A DNA stretch of 64,000 bases from Octopus vulgaris (lineage: Eukaryota). The DNA lies in NCBI GenBank assembly GCA_951406725.2, contig OX597815.1:184450001-184514000 (forward strand). The letters run 5' to 3'. A model generated the notes under the pieces. That model made no database searches. It saw nothing but the letters and a program-made list of their open reading frames with translations, and was not told where the DNA came from. Numbering within the stretch: the stretch's first letter is position 1; each line of letters opens with the position of its first letter. Position numbers and translations under genes: made by a program. Positions 13,053-27,894 of the stretch are shown piece after piece.

Positions 13053-13848
13053 TTCTGTCCCCTCATCGTCTGACCAACTACTAATATTGATGTAATTTTC
13101 GGGGTGTCTCTCTACAGGATGCAACAAACATACATTTCAGAAAGTAGTCAAAAACCTTAGCTTATGTAAATGGTACAATGGCTATATAGATATGGAAGTT
13201 AGCTCCGAAAAAAAATTGAAACCGGATTAAGTTGATCATAATATATATATGCATCAAAACTAGATATTCGATATTCATTTTCGAACAATGACTACTTATG
13301 TAAGAAATATACACCCACTACTTTACTATTTTCCACAATACTGTTTCCTACATGAATAGAAAATACAAATATACTTTTTAAAAATCAACTATTTTATCAG
13401 ATACAATAGAATGAAAGGTTTCTGTACTGTAGGCAAAACGCCTAGATATAGACAGCTGTTGGATAGAAATCGCAAATCTTGTACATGTGTTGTACAAATC
13501 AATAATACAATACAAACGTAAGCAACTGGTTACTTTAATGAATTTCGTCAGCGCGTAATAAGAAACCTTAACACGTGAAGATTCTAGAAATCAGAAATAT
13601 TTATGTAAGTATGGATAGTTTTCTGCCGTTTTCTCTAAAATGCGCCACAAATTTTCGTACATAACTGTTGCAGATTATCTTATTAAAATTTTTTTTCAGT
13701 GACTAAGGTCATAATTCGATACACACACAGAGTCCGTGATCTAAGCCTAAAAAGGGGCTCTGTTAGAGAACCGCGAAGCTAAGTCACCTTGAGCCGAAAC
13801 AGGCTGTGTTGAATAATATATATATATATATATATGTATGTTTGTGTG

Positions 13849-13881
<33 letters not shown>

Positions 13882-13886
13882 GTGTG

Positions 13887-13917
<31 letters not shown>

Positions 13918-13954
13918 GTGTGTATATATATATGTATATATATATGTTTGTATA

Positions 13955-15260
13955 TATATGGAGGGAGTAATATGCCCAATCCTTAAAGGGGGAAGCAGAG
14001 CAGATGCCAAAAACTATAGACCTATCTTTCTGACACACATCAGCAAAGTCATGGAACGGATAGTCAGAGGGAAACTAATCGCATTCCTTGAGGAAAATAA
14101 CATGCTGAGTGATACCCAGCATGGCTTTCGACCAGGTAGGAGCTGCCTGACACAGCTCTTACAACATTATGACTGTGTTAAGGCAGTTACTCAACAACTC
14201 AAATGTGGACGTAATCTACCTTGATTTTGCAAAAGCTTTTGACAAGGTGGATCATGGTATGATATGCCACAAACTGCGTGATCTCGGCATAGCTGGAAAA
14301 CTTGGAGAGTGGTTACATGACTTTCTGAAAGATAGAAGTCAGGCAGTAGTGGCTAATGGAGCCACATCTATGAAAACACAAATAGTGAGCGGTGTTCCAT
14401 AAGGCACTGATTTTGGACCACTGCTTTTTATAGTGACCCTCTCAGATATGCCGTCAAATTCCCTGGTAGCCACCCTTGCAAGCTATGCAGACGATACGAA
14501 AGTCTCGCAGAAAATACAGAACCCCAGTGATGTTGCACACCTGCAGCAGGAGTTGGATTCAATTTACAGATGGGCTGAGATTAATAATATGCATTTTAAT
14601 ACTGAAAAATTCCAAGCCCTGCGCTACCGGCATCCAAAACTGAATATTAAACTTACAGGGTACACCGGTCCACAGGGAATTTCAATCCCAGAGCCTAAAT
14701 CAGTGAGGGACCTGGGTATCGACATGAGTGATGATACTTATTTTCAAGTGCATATTACCAGGATGGCGACAAAGTGCAGACGACTGGCTGGCTGGATCCT
14801 GAGAACGTTCAGAACCAGAGTGAAGGAAACCATGATGGTCCTCTGGCGGACATTTGTCCTCAGCCGCCTGGATTACTGCCCCCAGCTATGGTCATCCACC
14901 AGTGTGAAATTAACAGCGGACCTTGAAGCAATCCAGAGAAGATTCACAAAGAAGATCGTCTCTTTGCAACGACTCAGCTACTGGGAAAAACTGAAGCAGC
15001 TAAGACTTTATTCCTTGGAGAAAAGGCGGGAGGGATATGCAGTAATATACATGTGGAAGGTCCTGGAAGGAATTGTGTCAAATTTTGGCATTGAAAGCTA
15101 CACCAATGCCAGAACGGGACGACACTGCATAGTGCCAAAGATCCCAGCAACGCCATCGCGCTTCAGGACCAGTTACTGCAACAGCCTTGGTTTCAAGTGC
15201 CCACAGCTTTTTAATATTCTCCCAAAGAGCCTGAGGAACCTGCACAAAGTAAATGTAGGC
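13955..15260 (+). mobile_element. 5'-truncated CR1-group LINE ORF2 reverse transcriptase, inactivated
   Basis: NYRPI, QHGFRPGRSCLTQLL, YLDFAKAFDKVDH, SGVP*G..GPLLF, YADDTK and RDLGI motifs; frameshift near 14175 and a stop at 14400-14402. Confidence 0.92.
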
Positions 15261-15772
15261 GGCGATTTTAAACGAATAAGAGAAAAAATATATGCACGGT
15301 TTTGTGTGCGAGTGTGTATTTGTGTGTAGCAAAATAACTAAGTACATGATCTTCACCACCATTCTTCCACTGTGATTTTCTAACTTTCGTCCACACCGTC
15401 CTATTCCTTAGCAGTCAGTCGGGCTATACTGAGCCACACATTTGTTGTTTTTTTTGGGGGGTTAATTGCTAGACGTACATATTCAGCAAGCATAATATAG
15501 TTTGTATTGTATGTGGCTAAACAACTGATCAAGTAATTCCTTAAGTTTCTACAATTCCACATAATTCAGTAATCTTGTTAGTTGAATCACGCACGTTAAA
15601 AGGAGATTATATAATAAATCTAGTTTATCTTATTTGTAAGAGCGTGGCTAGTTATGTGGCGTTTAAATCTTCTTATACATGTGCGCAGATACTAACTTTA
15701 CATTAACATTGGTTATAAGTCCACACATCTTCGAATTAGTTGTAGATCACATTCTGTGAATGTGATATCACG

Positions 15773-15807
<35 letters not shown>

Positions 15808-17503
15808 GATATTTTCAAATATATATATATATATATATATATATAATGGTATTAATGCAAAAGTGTCGTAAGTTCAAAACGTTGCTTATTCAGAAACACT
15901 ATTCCAATTGTTTTTCCATTTGCAACGGTTTCAGCTTAACAATAATACTTTGTTGTGTGCATAAAATCGTAACTCCAAGCATGAATGATATTTTCAGTCA
16001 GAAATACGTTTGCAAGATTGTTGTATGTGTGACTTACTACACTTTTGAAAAATGCTAAACCGTGGTGCTACACCATGACAATTTTCGTATCTTGGCATCT
16101 GAAGCAGCTGAAGATACGACAGTTTGACCAAAAGAACTGACTATTGCAAGCAAAATTATATATTGCAAAAACGCATTTGGTCAAATTTGGACATACGACA
16201 GTTTAACATAATAACAACGATATATATATTTAAAAGTTTCAGCTAATATCTTTGATGCACTCACAATCTTTGTATAAAACACCTTAAAAATAATTATTTG
16301 AAAAACTAAATTTCAAAAAATGTAGAATATAAGGAAATTTTATTAGTGTGTATGTATGTAGACACTTTTGACGCTGAATATTTCAAACTCTGTCTTTTAG
16401 AGAGGTTAATCCATGTAGCACAAGTTGATATTAGTGTTGTCTTTTTGCAAGTTTACTTTCAGATTTAGAATTGTTGTAGAGTATTCCTTTTTTGCCTTTC
16501 ATAGATGGTGATTTTTTTCTTTTAGTTCGGAAAAAAATCAGAAAAAACAAAATATTTTCATTCGCATTTTTGCAGGAAAGATCATATGTTCAAAATCATG
16601 ATTTTCGCATTTATTCTTTCGTAGATTCAATTTACAATTCACAACAGTTTAAACGTGAATTGATTAATATTCTCCTTTGCTGAACGCATAATTCTATTCA
16701 ATGGCTGTTGATTTGCTTCTCCAAAACCAGTGGCCATTGTTGAGCTTGCAGATGTCGTCATTGTGTACATTCTCTCAGCAATTTATTACACTCACACACA
16801 TATCCATATGTATGTGTGTGTGTGTGCGTGCGTTTAAATAAGGCCTTCGTTAAATCGTACTGTGACATACCACCATAAAAAGACAACCTTCTCTCATTCC
16901 TTTTTTATTTGTTTATTGTCTTCACTATCCATGCATGCATACAAACTTGCGTTAGAACATACGCAGTTTGACCTGACGGCAGTAGAGTGTAACATTAGTA
17001 AGAACTGGTGGAAACCAAACCACTTCCTTCTGTAATGGTTGATTTTTTTTCTCTTTGTTTTCAGTATTACGATTTTGCGTTTAATCTCTCGTAATTTCGT
17101 ATTTACAATTCACGGCATAATAAACGAGGGTTGATTACTAATGTTTTTCTTACAGTATAATTCTATTAAATAGCTGTTGTATGTTGTTTTTTTTTTAATA
17201 CAGTGGCCATTGTTGAGCTGGCAGATATTATTCTTGCGTACATTCGCTCAACAATTTCTATTCTCAGATTTGTTAACTCACACGTAGGGTTTTCAATGTT
17301 GTAAAATTATTTATTTGGTGTATCATAAATGTTTCACCAAGTGCATTAAAGTGTATGTGGAGGAGTATTAATAGCAACATAATATGTCGCGAGTTGCTCT
17401 TGCTTGAATGATTGAAATCATATATGTGCAAATATGAATGCTTTTGAGCGCGGGTTTGAAAATACAAATTTGAAACTGTTAAATGGTAAACGTTAAACCG
17501 TTA

Positions 17504-17732
17504 AAGGCGGTGAGCTGGCAGATACGTTAGCACGCCGGGCGAAATGCGTAGCCGTATTTCGTCTGCAGTTACGTTCTGAATTCAAATTCCGCCGAGGTTG
17601 ACTTTGCCTTTCATCCTTTCGAGGTTGGTTAAATAAGTACCAGTTACGCACTGGGGTCGATATAATCGATTTAATCCGTTTGTATGTCCTCTCTGTGTTT
17701 AGCCCCTTGTGGGTAGTAAAGAAATAGGTATT
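17504..17732 (+). mobile_element. SINE family B, probably intronic, upstream of the GPCR exon
   Basis: aaggcggtgagctggcaga head; same body and tail as 3470. Confidence 0.85.
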
Positions 17733-17819
17733 TCAGTTTATCCCGATCCCTACCTTTTTCGAGAACATTATTCTTATTTTCAGAGTTGTAAATATAATGC
17801 AATTAATGCTGAAACTAAT

Positions 17820-17844
17820 TTTTCTTTTTTGACCTCTATTTCAG
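17820..17844 (+). promoter_or_regulatory. Probable 3' splice acceptor of the GPCR coding exon
   Basis: Polypyrimidine tract tttcttttttgacctctatttcag| 65 nt upstream of the first in-frame ATG. Confidence 0.55.
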
Positions 17845-17908
17845 AGATCAAGTGACTTACCCGGACTTTACATGTTACCAGAGAGTCAGACCAGCTTTAT
17901 TTGCTGCT

Positions 17909-19168
17909 ATGACGTCATCGGCAACTATTACCACTGAAAGGATATTCAATCAGACTATGAAAGTTCCATTTCACTTCAGCATCAACGATGCCAAGACAAT
18001 TCTACAGCAAGAAGCAGAATCAAAATGGTTTACTCCCACAGCTGAAATGTTCTTCATTTTTTCCTATTCTGTTCTAATATGTTTTGGCTCAGTTGGCAAT
18101 TCCTTGGTTTGCTACATTGTGATGCGTAGCCCAGGGATGCGAACAGCCCGTAACATGTTCATCTTTAATCTGGCAATATCAGATTTAAGTCTATGTTTAT
18201 TTACACAGTCCTTGAATTTATACCGTACTTTGAATAACCAGTGGAAGCTTGGTGCTTTCATGTGTAAATTTGGTTCTTTATTCCAGGGAATTAATATATT
18301 TGTGTCCACCAGCAGCATTATGGCCATTGCTCTGTATCGTTTCCAGGTAATTGTACATCCGACAATTTCTGGTGTAAGGTGGCGCTTAAGAGTTACAGTT
18401 GCACTTGTTGCGATATGGGTGGTGTCATTTTTGTTAGCCAGCCCGCTGTTAGTGTTCACTATTCACAAATCTTCTCAACCAATAGAACAAGTAGATATAT
18501 ACCTTTATCATTGCATTGAAGATGTGAGATTAAGACTTGAAAAGGGTGCATATTCTGTGGCTTCACTGATATTTCAGTATCTCGGCCCAGGCATTATAGT
18601 AATTTTAGCACACACAAAGATTTTCAGCAAGCTAAATTACCGAATTGTTAATCGAAGTCAGATGACTCCAGCTCTACACAATTCGTGTGGTTATAAATCT
18701 CAGGAGCGTAAAGCTAAACGAAAAAGAAAAACTAAAATTTTACTAACAACTATAGCCGTTGTGTTTGCCTTGAGTTGGTTACCTCTAAATGTATTCAACA
18801 TTCTTATTGATTTTAAAGGATCAGCATTTATACACAAAAACATTGACGTCAATTTGACGTTTGGAATATGTCATTTGCTTGTGCTCAGCTCCGCTTGTAC
18901 GAACCCGGTATTATACGGCTGGTTGAATGAAAATTTTCGCCGAGAATTTTTCAGTATTTTGTCATGTTGTATCTGCGCATCAAATTTCAGAAAACGGTTA
19001 CGTTCTCTAAGAGCCACCACGCGGGCTGACGATGATCATGAGATTGCTGTTTACCAGCAGTCGGATTACCCGGGTGAACAGTCGATTCCAAAAGATCGAT
19101 ATCTTCACAAGTCGTTACCAGTTGAAATAGGAACTCCTGCGACATATCAAGTAACAGCATCTGTGTAA
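17909..19168 (+). CDS. Rhodopsin-class neuropeptide GPCR, NPY/neuropeptide F receptor-like, single coding exon (~419 aa from ATG 17909; alternative ATG 17957)
   Basis: Seven hydrophobic segments with GN (TM1), NLAISD (TM2), WKLG..MCK, ALYRFQVIVHP (TM3), W in TM4, QYLGP (TM5), FALSWLPLN (TM6) and SSACTNPVLYGWLNENFRREF (TM7/H8). MRTARN.FI.NLA.SD and LYGWLN.NF are typical of NPF/NPY-type receptors. No internal stops. Confidence 0.93.
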   Translation: MTSSATITTERIFNQTMKVPFHFSINDAKTILQQEAESKWFTPTAEMFFIFSYSVLICFGSVGNSLVCYIVMRSPGMRTARNMFIFNLAISDLSLCLFTQSLNLYRTLNNQWKLGAFMCKFGSLFQGINIFVSTSSIMAIALYRFQVIVHPTISGVRWRLRVTVALVAIWVVSFLLASPLLVFTIHKSSQPIEQVDIYLYHCIEDVRLRLEKGAYSVASLIFQYLGPGIIVILAHTKIFSKLNYRIVNRSQMTPALHNSCGYKSQERKAKRKRKTKILLTTIAVVFALSWLPLNVFNILIDFKGSAFIHKNIDVNLTFGICHLLVLSSACTNPVLYGWLNENFRREFFSILSCCICASNFRKRLRSLRATTRADDDHEIAVYQQSDYPGEQSIPKDRYLHKSLPVEIGTPATYQVTASV

Positions 19169-19654
19169 TGTCTATCGCTGCTTCATTTTCCTATTTCCAA
19201 ACATATTTTTTCTCTTGTAATATATATTCTATTTTTTATCACCTTTTTTCCCGTTCTTCTGAAAAGAAAGTATCTATTGCACCCCAATTCTAACCGCTTC
19301 CATTGCAGAAGAGAAAATATAAAAATACATTTTCTGATAAAAAAAAATATATATATCATGAATAGGTCAGAAATGAAATGGGGTTTAATATGGGATATGT
19401 TAAACTTTACAGATATGTCGCAAGTGTCACTTATCATCACTGATGGAATCCATATCCTAAAGGAAAGAGATCCTTACGAATCTATTTAAAAGATTGGCTG
19501 AAATGAAATTCAGGTGATATTTATTTTACTGTGTGAATGTGTATTATCATTTTCAATTAAACACTAAATGAAAAAAAAAACTAAAATTTATTTGTCTCAT
19601 TTGTAAAATAAGGAGTTCATATTCAATTATAAATTACCATACTCACACACACTG

Positions 19655-19699
<45 letters not shown>

Positions 19700-19753
19700 A
19701 TGTGTGTGTATGTAGATAAATATTTTTCAATCACATGAAACAGATGTCTTTCA

Positions 19754-19788
<35 letters not shown>

Positions 19789-21102
19789 CACATGTATATA
19801 TGTGTGTATATACACATGTATATATGTGTTTGTATATCCATGTATAAATGTGTGTATATATACATGTATATATGTGTGTATATTTATATATATATGTATC
19901 TGTGTGTATGTATATGTTTGTATATGAATATATATATATATACATGTATGTATATATATACATGTATGTTTATATATATATACATGCATGTTTATATATA
20001 TATACATGTATGTATATATATATATATATGCATGTACATGTGTATGTATATACATATATATACACATCTTACAACGATACGTTCCCAACGAGTCGTAATT
20101 CTAACGTAATTTTAATTGTCGTCTTTAACTAATCAATCTTATATCATTAAAGCTCTTTGAAAAGTAAATATCATCACAACTGTAATTTCTCTAACAATCT
20201 GTAAGTTCTGTGACATGAGAGTATATTTAATGCTGTCGAAAGGAGTTCGAGATTGCAATGATATTATTTAATGAGTTATTTCTCGTTTCTTAGTTTAAAT
20301 TCCCCGTTGCCTAATTAGGTCACCCCTTTCTTTGCTCCATACGTAAGTAGCTTCAAGTCGATGGATGATATATGTTTGAGACGACTGACATGAAACACCA
20401 TAACAAAACTGATGATTTCAATGACGAATAGAAAGCAATGGGATTACGTAATTAAATGCTTCTTAACGATCTTACTAAGGATAGAAACGTACAACCTTAA
20501 TTTTCACCTTCCCCCAAGTTTAACAATTAGCTAATTAATCAACAAAGTATTCCAGGTTCGTTAAAAATCAAACATCGAGTCATTTATTCATTTGTTCAGA
20601 TTTTATTCGTTCATCTGTACCACCCTCCTCTACTCCTGAGATGGTCGCGGTGATAGAGCCATGCACCAATGGTTCATTACCAATAACCGTATTACACTTC
20701 GACGCTGGATTCGCAAGAGTGAACAAATGAAACAGAATATTTTCAAACGATATTCGACCAGGACTTCCTGTTAACTTGGCTTGCAGAATCCGTTGTGCAA
20801 ATCTTTCTTGCAATATTCTAACCCCACGCACTGGACGGGTGACTTACGAATGCGAAGTTGCATTTCGAGCGGTACACATGATTAATTTGCTGTTAATAAT
20901 AAACAATCTTAAACAATCCGATCTCCATTTTCCTTATTATACTATGTTATATTGAATATATATATTATACTATGTTATATATATATATATATTATGCAGT
21001 GTTATATTAGGTATATATATATTATATCATATATGTATATATCATATTACATATATAACGCATACATAGTATTATATCATGTATATCTATGTAAAATATG
21101 TA

Positions 21103-21134
<32 letters not shown>

Positions 21135-21289
21135 GTATTATAACCATCTTTTGTTTTCTCCCCTTGTTTATTTCTGTGATGCTTTCTGTCGAAGAGCGTA
21201 AGCTCAAACCATAAAAGACTTTCTCACTTTCCGAGCGTTAAACTAACACACTCTTCGTCATTTTTTTTTTCGAAACTTCTCACTATTAT

Positions 21290-22380
<1,091 letters not shown>

Positions 22381-22654
22381 TATATAAAATTATATGATTT
22401 GACTTGATCTAGATTCCGGACCTTATCGCAGTGAGCATATCTATCAACTCCCTAATAATCTTTGGATGATTTAGCGTACGCTAAAGTGTCTACAAATAAC
22501 TAAATGATGCAGATCGTTAGCAGTGTTTCTCCAAAAAGGAAAACAATAATTGTTATTAAATGTTACTGAGGGTCTTAGAACATCTTCATTCCTAGATATA
22601 AGAGATGAAGGGCTCTTCTGCTGCTTCTACTGTCAGCGCACATACATTTGTTTC

Positions 22655-22706
22655 AAGACTTCTGATGATGCTTTCGGTATAAACCTGAAACCGTACGGTA
22701 GAGGGA
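22655..22706 (+). ncRNA. Type I hammerhead-like motif with decayed stems
   Basis: CTGATGA (22662) ... GAAA (22687), palindromic accgtacggt stem III, GTA site; stems I and II only partly paired. Confidence 0.5.
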
Positions 22707-22837
22707 TAATATTATCGTCATTTTCCGGCCATTTACGTTCCCTGCCAGTATGTATGTATACAACATATGCTCGTCGACAGAGGCAACAGAGCCGTTCAGC
22801 TCTTATTTCCAGCAGTGTAGGCGTTCTAAAAACCTCA

Positions 22838-22881
<44 letters not shown>

Positions 22882-23259
22882 CTCAAATAGAAATCATGAT
22901 CCCGCGATCGCGGTGGCCGTCCAGTGTGTGAGTTGTGTTCGTCTCACGTTGCGCTGCGATCACTCCGAAATAATTGATGAAGAGAGTGATCTAAGGTGCA
23001 CCAGTAAAACATTTGATCACTAGAAACAAGTCTATACTTTATTCCTTTGTACGTGATAATTCTATGAAGTTATAATTCTGTGAAGTTATATATATTGTGT
23101 GTTTTGATAAATTTCAACTTTAGCTGTGCTCAGAACGGAGATATTAATTTATACGTTTCTCGTAACCATTATCAGTATAAAGTAACGTGACGACAATTTA
23201 GAATGGAATTCGAATTCAAAATCGGCGGGAAATTATCAGTCACGGCTAACGCGCAGAAT

Positions 23260-24780
23260 AACTATGTATATATATATATATACATACTTACATACACACA
23301 AGCATACAAATACATATATATGTATGCACGTATGTATATATAAGTGTATGTATGTATATATACATACAAACATCTAGGTACTATGTATATTTATATATGT
23401 ATACATATAAGTATACACATGCGCAAACTCATATATATGTAATATATATGTATATATATAATTATACGTGTGTGTGCACATACACATATAAATTGCACTC
23501 ACTTTAAAAGGTGATCGAATCAACAACATGCAAGAATTCTGTAATAGATTCATATGTCTATTTGTATCCTCCTCCTCTCTCTCATTATCAAGTTGCCTAC
23601 GTACATAAAAATACCTGCTATATAAAAATAAACATACAAACATATATATATATATATATATATATGCATATGTATATACATATATGCAATATATATCTAC
23701 ATATATATGCATATATAAATACAAATATGTATATCTATATACATATATATGTATCTATATATATGTATATATATACATGTATCTATATACATATATATGT
23801 ATCTATATATATGTATATATACATATATATATATATACATGTATATATATATACACATGAATATATATATATAGATGTATATGTATATTTATACACACAT
23901 GTATATATGCACATATACATTTATATATATGTACATGTATGTATATAAATGTACACATATATACATGTATATATATCAATATATATATATGAATATATAC
24001 ATGAATATAAATAAATATATACATGTATATATAAAAATATACACATATATACTTGTATATATACATGTATATGTATATATAGATATATATAAATATATAC
24101 ATGTATATGAATATATACACATATATAAATATACACATATATACATGTATATGAATATATAAATTTATACATATATACATGTATGAATATATACATATAT
24201 ACTTAAATACATGTATATAAAAATATATACTTAAATACATGTATATAAAAATATACATATATATATGTATGAATATATACATATATATAAATTTATAAAT
24301 ATATACATGCATATGAATATATACATATATATAAATTTATACATATATACATGTATATGAATATATACATGTATATGCATATATACATGTATATGAATAT
24401 ATACATATATATATAAATTTATACATATATACATGCATATGAATATATACATATATATAAATTTATACATATATACATATATATGAATATATAGATATAA
24501 GTATGTATATATATATATATATACACACATGCATATATATGTATGCATATAAATATATACATGCATATATATAGATATATTTATGTACACACACATATAT
24601 ATATGCATATATATATATGCAAGATACAAAGATATATATATATATGAATCGTTATATATGTAAAATATATACATATTTGAATCTTTATTTTTGTAACATA
24701 TATACATGCATATATTCATGCATATATATGTGTATATATGCATACTGATTCATATATGCATATATATATATGTATATCAT
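23260..24780. repeat. Compound TA/CA/TG microsatellite field
   Basis: Direct reading. Confidence 0.9.
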
Positions 24781-25319
24781 ATTTATACAACGCACAGCCT
24801 TTTGGATTTTAAAACGCTCCGTTGTTAATGTTTATGATCGTTGACCTTTTACAGCTTTTCAGACACACGTTTGATGATGGTAATATGCATAAAGGACGAT
24901 TTAGGACTCAATAATATTTCCTTCTTTCTTTTTTCGCCTCTGATCAATTTTTCAATTATTTTGAGATAAAAAAGAAATATTTTGGATTTTATATTTGCAC
25001 AAATATCTATATATTGAGAATATGGAACGTCCATAAGTGAGAATCTTTGATGCATTTTCTATGTACCCTAATCCGATACGTTAATTTTGATCCTGTTTGG
25101 CCTATATATTCTCTCCTTTTATTGTGCGCATGTGATGCTCTGAATGTGATTGATGTTTTGCAATTCATGTTTTATTAATATTCGATTTCTTTCGATCGTA
25201 ATGGAGTTCTTTTTAAAAATACTGACGAAGTTCCATTGATTTTAAAAAGCAAACGGTATTTTAACTTCAACTGTACATGGATGAGCTCTTTCAATAATAC
25301 ATAACTAGCAAATCTTATA

Positions 25320-27170
25320 ACAGAAAACATTATAAATGAAGAGCAAAAGGCAGTGGGAAACCAACCGACATTTCTCCGTAGTCGTTATAACAGGTGACGA
25401 AGGAAGTGCTATTGTAATTTACAAGATCAATTAAAGGATATAATATTAGCACAACTAAATGATAAACATTTAGATTTAGAATCCAATGCAGAGAAACAAA
25501 CAATAAACCAATTCGATAGATCAACGGAAAATTAAAATTAAGGTAAGAATAATGGTATCGGATTACCTTATAAATTTTGAGATAAAAACATAACTTTTAG
25601 GGAGTACTGAAAGTATAAATATAAAGCAATCCATAACAGCTTAAAGGGCCTCCATTCACTATATGTAAAACATTTTAAACTACCTAATTTAGAATTTGGG
25701 CCAGTTGATGCAGCATACGCATCCATCAGACAGCGATTAAGTACTTTTCTACGAATAATTTTCAAATAATTGTGCATAATTTCTAATCTCCTAACATGCC
25801 CTTTCTAAATCGTATTTCATAAAGAATGAATATTGAAATAAGCCTGGTTAGTGAACAGTCTCTATAAAAATATTTTCCGTGTATTAGATTCAGAATCACT
25901 AGAATTCTGGATAGACAAATAGACGCAGAAATTTTAGGAGAGATTCCCAAATGAAGTTATACTATAAAACTTATGATTTGTGCTATGGAGCAACTATTTC
26001 TTCACTGATAACCAAGAATATCCTCAAATAAAAAAGAAGGCACCTGGGCACGAACGTTGCTACCACATAGCAATACTAGTGATGGAAATTCTTTTAGAAA
26101 ATCTTTAATATTTCCTCTGAGAATACATTTGATTAGAATTTCCAAACCTATTGAAAGGAAACTGGAAAAGATTCTTGGGTGACTGCTTCTTATCTTGGAA
26201 GAGAAGTAGGGAAAACCTTACAAGATCTTTGAATTAATGTAAGAGCATTCATGAATCTTTCCAGTTCACTCAGGAAATAAATGAAAGAACTCCCTATAGG
26301 GACATGCTAAAAATGAAGGAAAAGAAGATTGTTACAACCGTTCTCTATTGTAAGGGCACGGCCATACGCAGATATTTATATTTTAGCTCTTGCTTCATAT
26401 GCTTTATTAAAAGGAACATTCCATTTACTACAGCAAAACATGTTTTCTACATATACGGACACAAATAAGCGAAAGAAACGTCTGGTACAACTAAGTACAA
26501 TACCTCAGAAACAAAAAAAATACTTACAAAGCCTGGTAAATCATGTCATAATCAAGGCGAAAGAGAACTCAATCTTTCTCTTACAGAAAGAGAAACCCTC
26601 ACAATTACGATGAAGAATAAAAACAAAAACATTGTAATCGGTCAAATGTTAAATTCTAATCTCTCGTCTAACACTGAATATTAAAATAGTCCTAGCAAAA
26701 GATAAATTTTTACTACAAGAAATGCAGGTAACAAAATGTGCCGATATTCATTGTGGAACTTGTGAAATAAGTGATCAGGGGACAACCAAAACATTTAAGA
26801 GTGGAAAAAAAATGAAGTTTAAGGTAAATATGAATTGCAAAATAAAAATCTCATTTGATGCATCACGCACCTAAAAAGTCAATGAGAATTATATCGGACA
26901 AACAGAATCAACATTAATATACCGGATTAGGATACATAAGCAACGCATCAATAGCTATCATATAGAGATGCCCATTACAGTGAAAATATATATGTTTGTG
27001 TAAATTAAATATTGAACATATTTTCTTTAAAATAATGAAAATTATCAACTACGAAAAGGAAGACAAAATCATTATAAGAGATCTAAATCCAACACAACAC
27101 CAGAAAGACTCGAAACTGAAAACTTTCTCTATATTGATTATCTCACAAATTGTGAGTCTTAAACGCTATA
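25320..27170 (+). mobile_element. Decayed Penelope-like element (RT + GIY-YIG endonuclease)
   Basis: Ordered remnants: VVITGDEGSAIVI (ADKG region), SLYKNI, EYPQIK..GT, WKRFLGDCFL (catalytic YxDD region), QFTQE..PYRD, KC...CGTC, MNCK, ENYIGQT and RIRIHKQ (GIY-YIG); many stops and frameshifts. Confidence 0.75.
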
Positions 27171-27852
27171 AAAAGCGAAAATGATTCAGAACGATTATTT
27201 CCAAAAGTCTTGTGCTATGAATTTTTTGTTTGACATTTTAAAATAATAAAGTTTAATTCAAAGAAATCTTTCCTCATATATTCTTACGGCATCAAAAATT
27301 CTAAAATCGTATTTGAAGTTCTATTTATATGTATACATACAAACACACACTCCCACATACATACATACATACATATATATAATATTCATACATATCTATA
27401 TGCATACACAAACATATGTACGTAAGTATATATGTGTGTGTGTGTGTAATTACATATGTGTATTTATGAGTTTATGTGTATACATCAGAGTGCACGTAAG
27501 GAAGGGAATTTGAATTTCACCTCTCTTGTTCAAAGAGTAAGTTTCATCGTCACAATAAATTTGATTCTATTCTCACAGATATGTCCCTATAACAAACAGT
27601 AAATATTCCGCTTAAATGTGGTCAATTGTATATATGCAAATGTATACTTATTTAAAAACATATACATGTATATACACACATATATAGATATGTACACATA
27701 TGCATACATATGTATATGCATATGTATGCATATGAATATGTATGCATATATATGAATATGTATATGCATATATATAAATATATATATGCATATATATAAA
27801 TATGTATATGCATATATATAAATATGTATATGCATATATATAAATATGTATA

Positions 27853-27894
<42 letters not shown>

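Noticed and set aside
16105-16205. ctgaaga followed by a tttgaccaaa/tttggtcaaa hairpin as a hammerhead
   Set aside because: No GAAA core and no stem I; too decayed to support.
17852-17908. ORF-track start of the GPCR at GTG 17852
   Set aside because: Eukaryotic gene; the first in-frame ATG is at 17909. An upstream coding exon cannot be fully excluded.
18112-18459. 115 aa antisense ORF
   Set aside because: Shadow ORF of the GPCR with no independent motifs.
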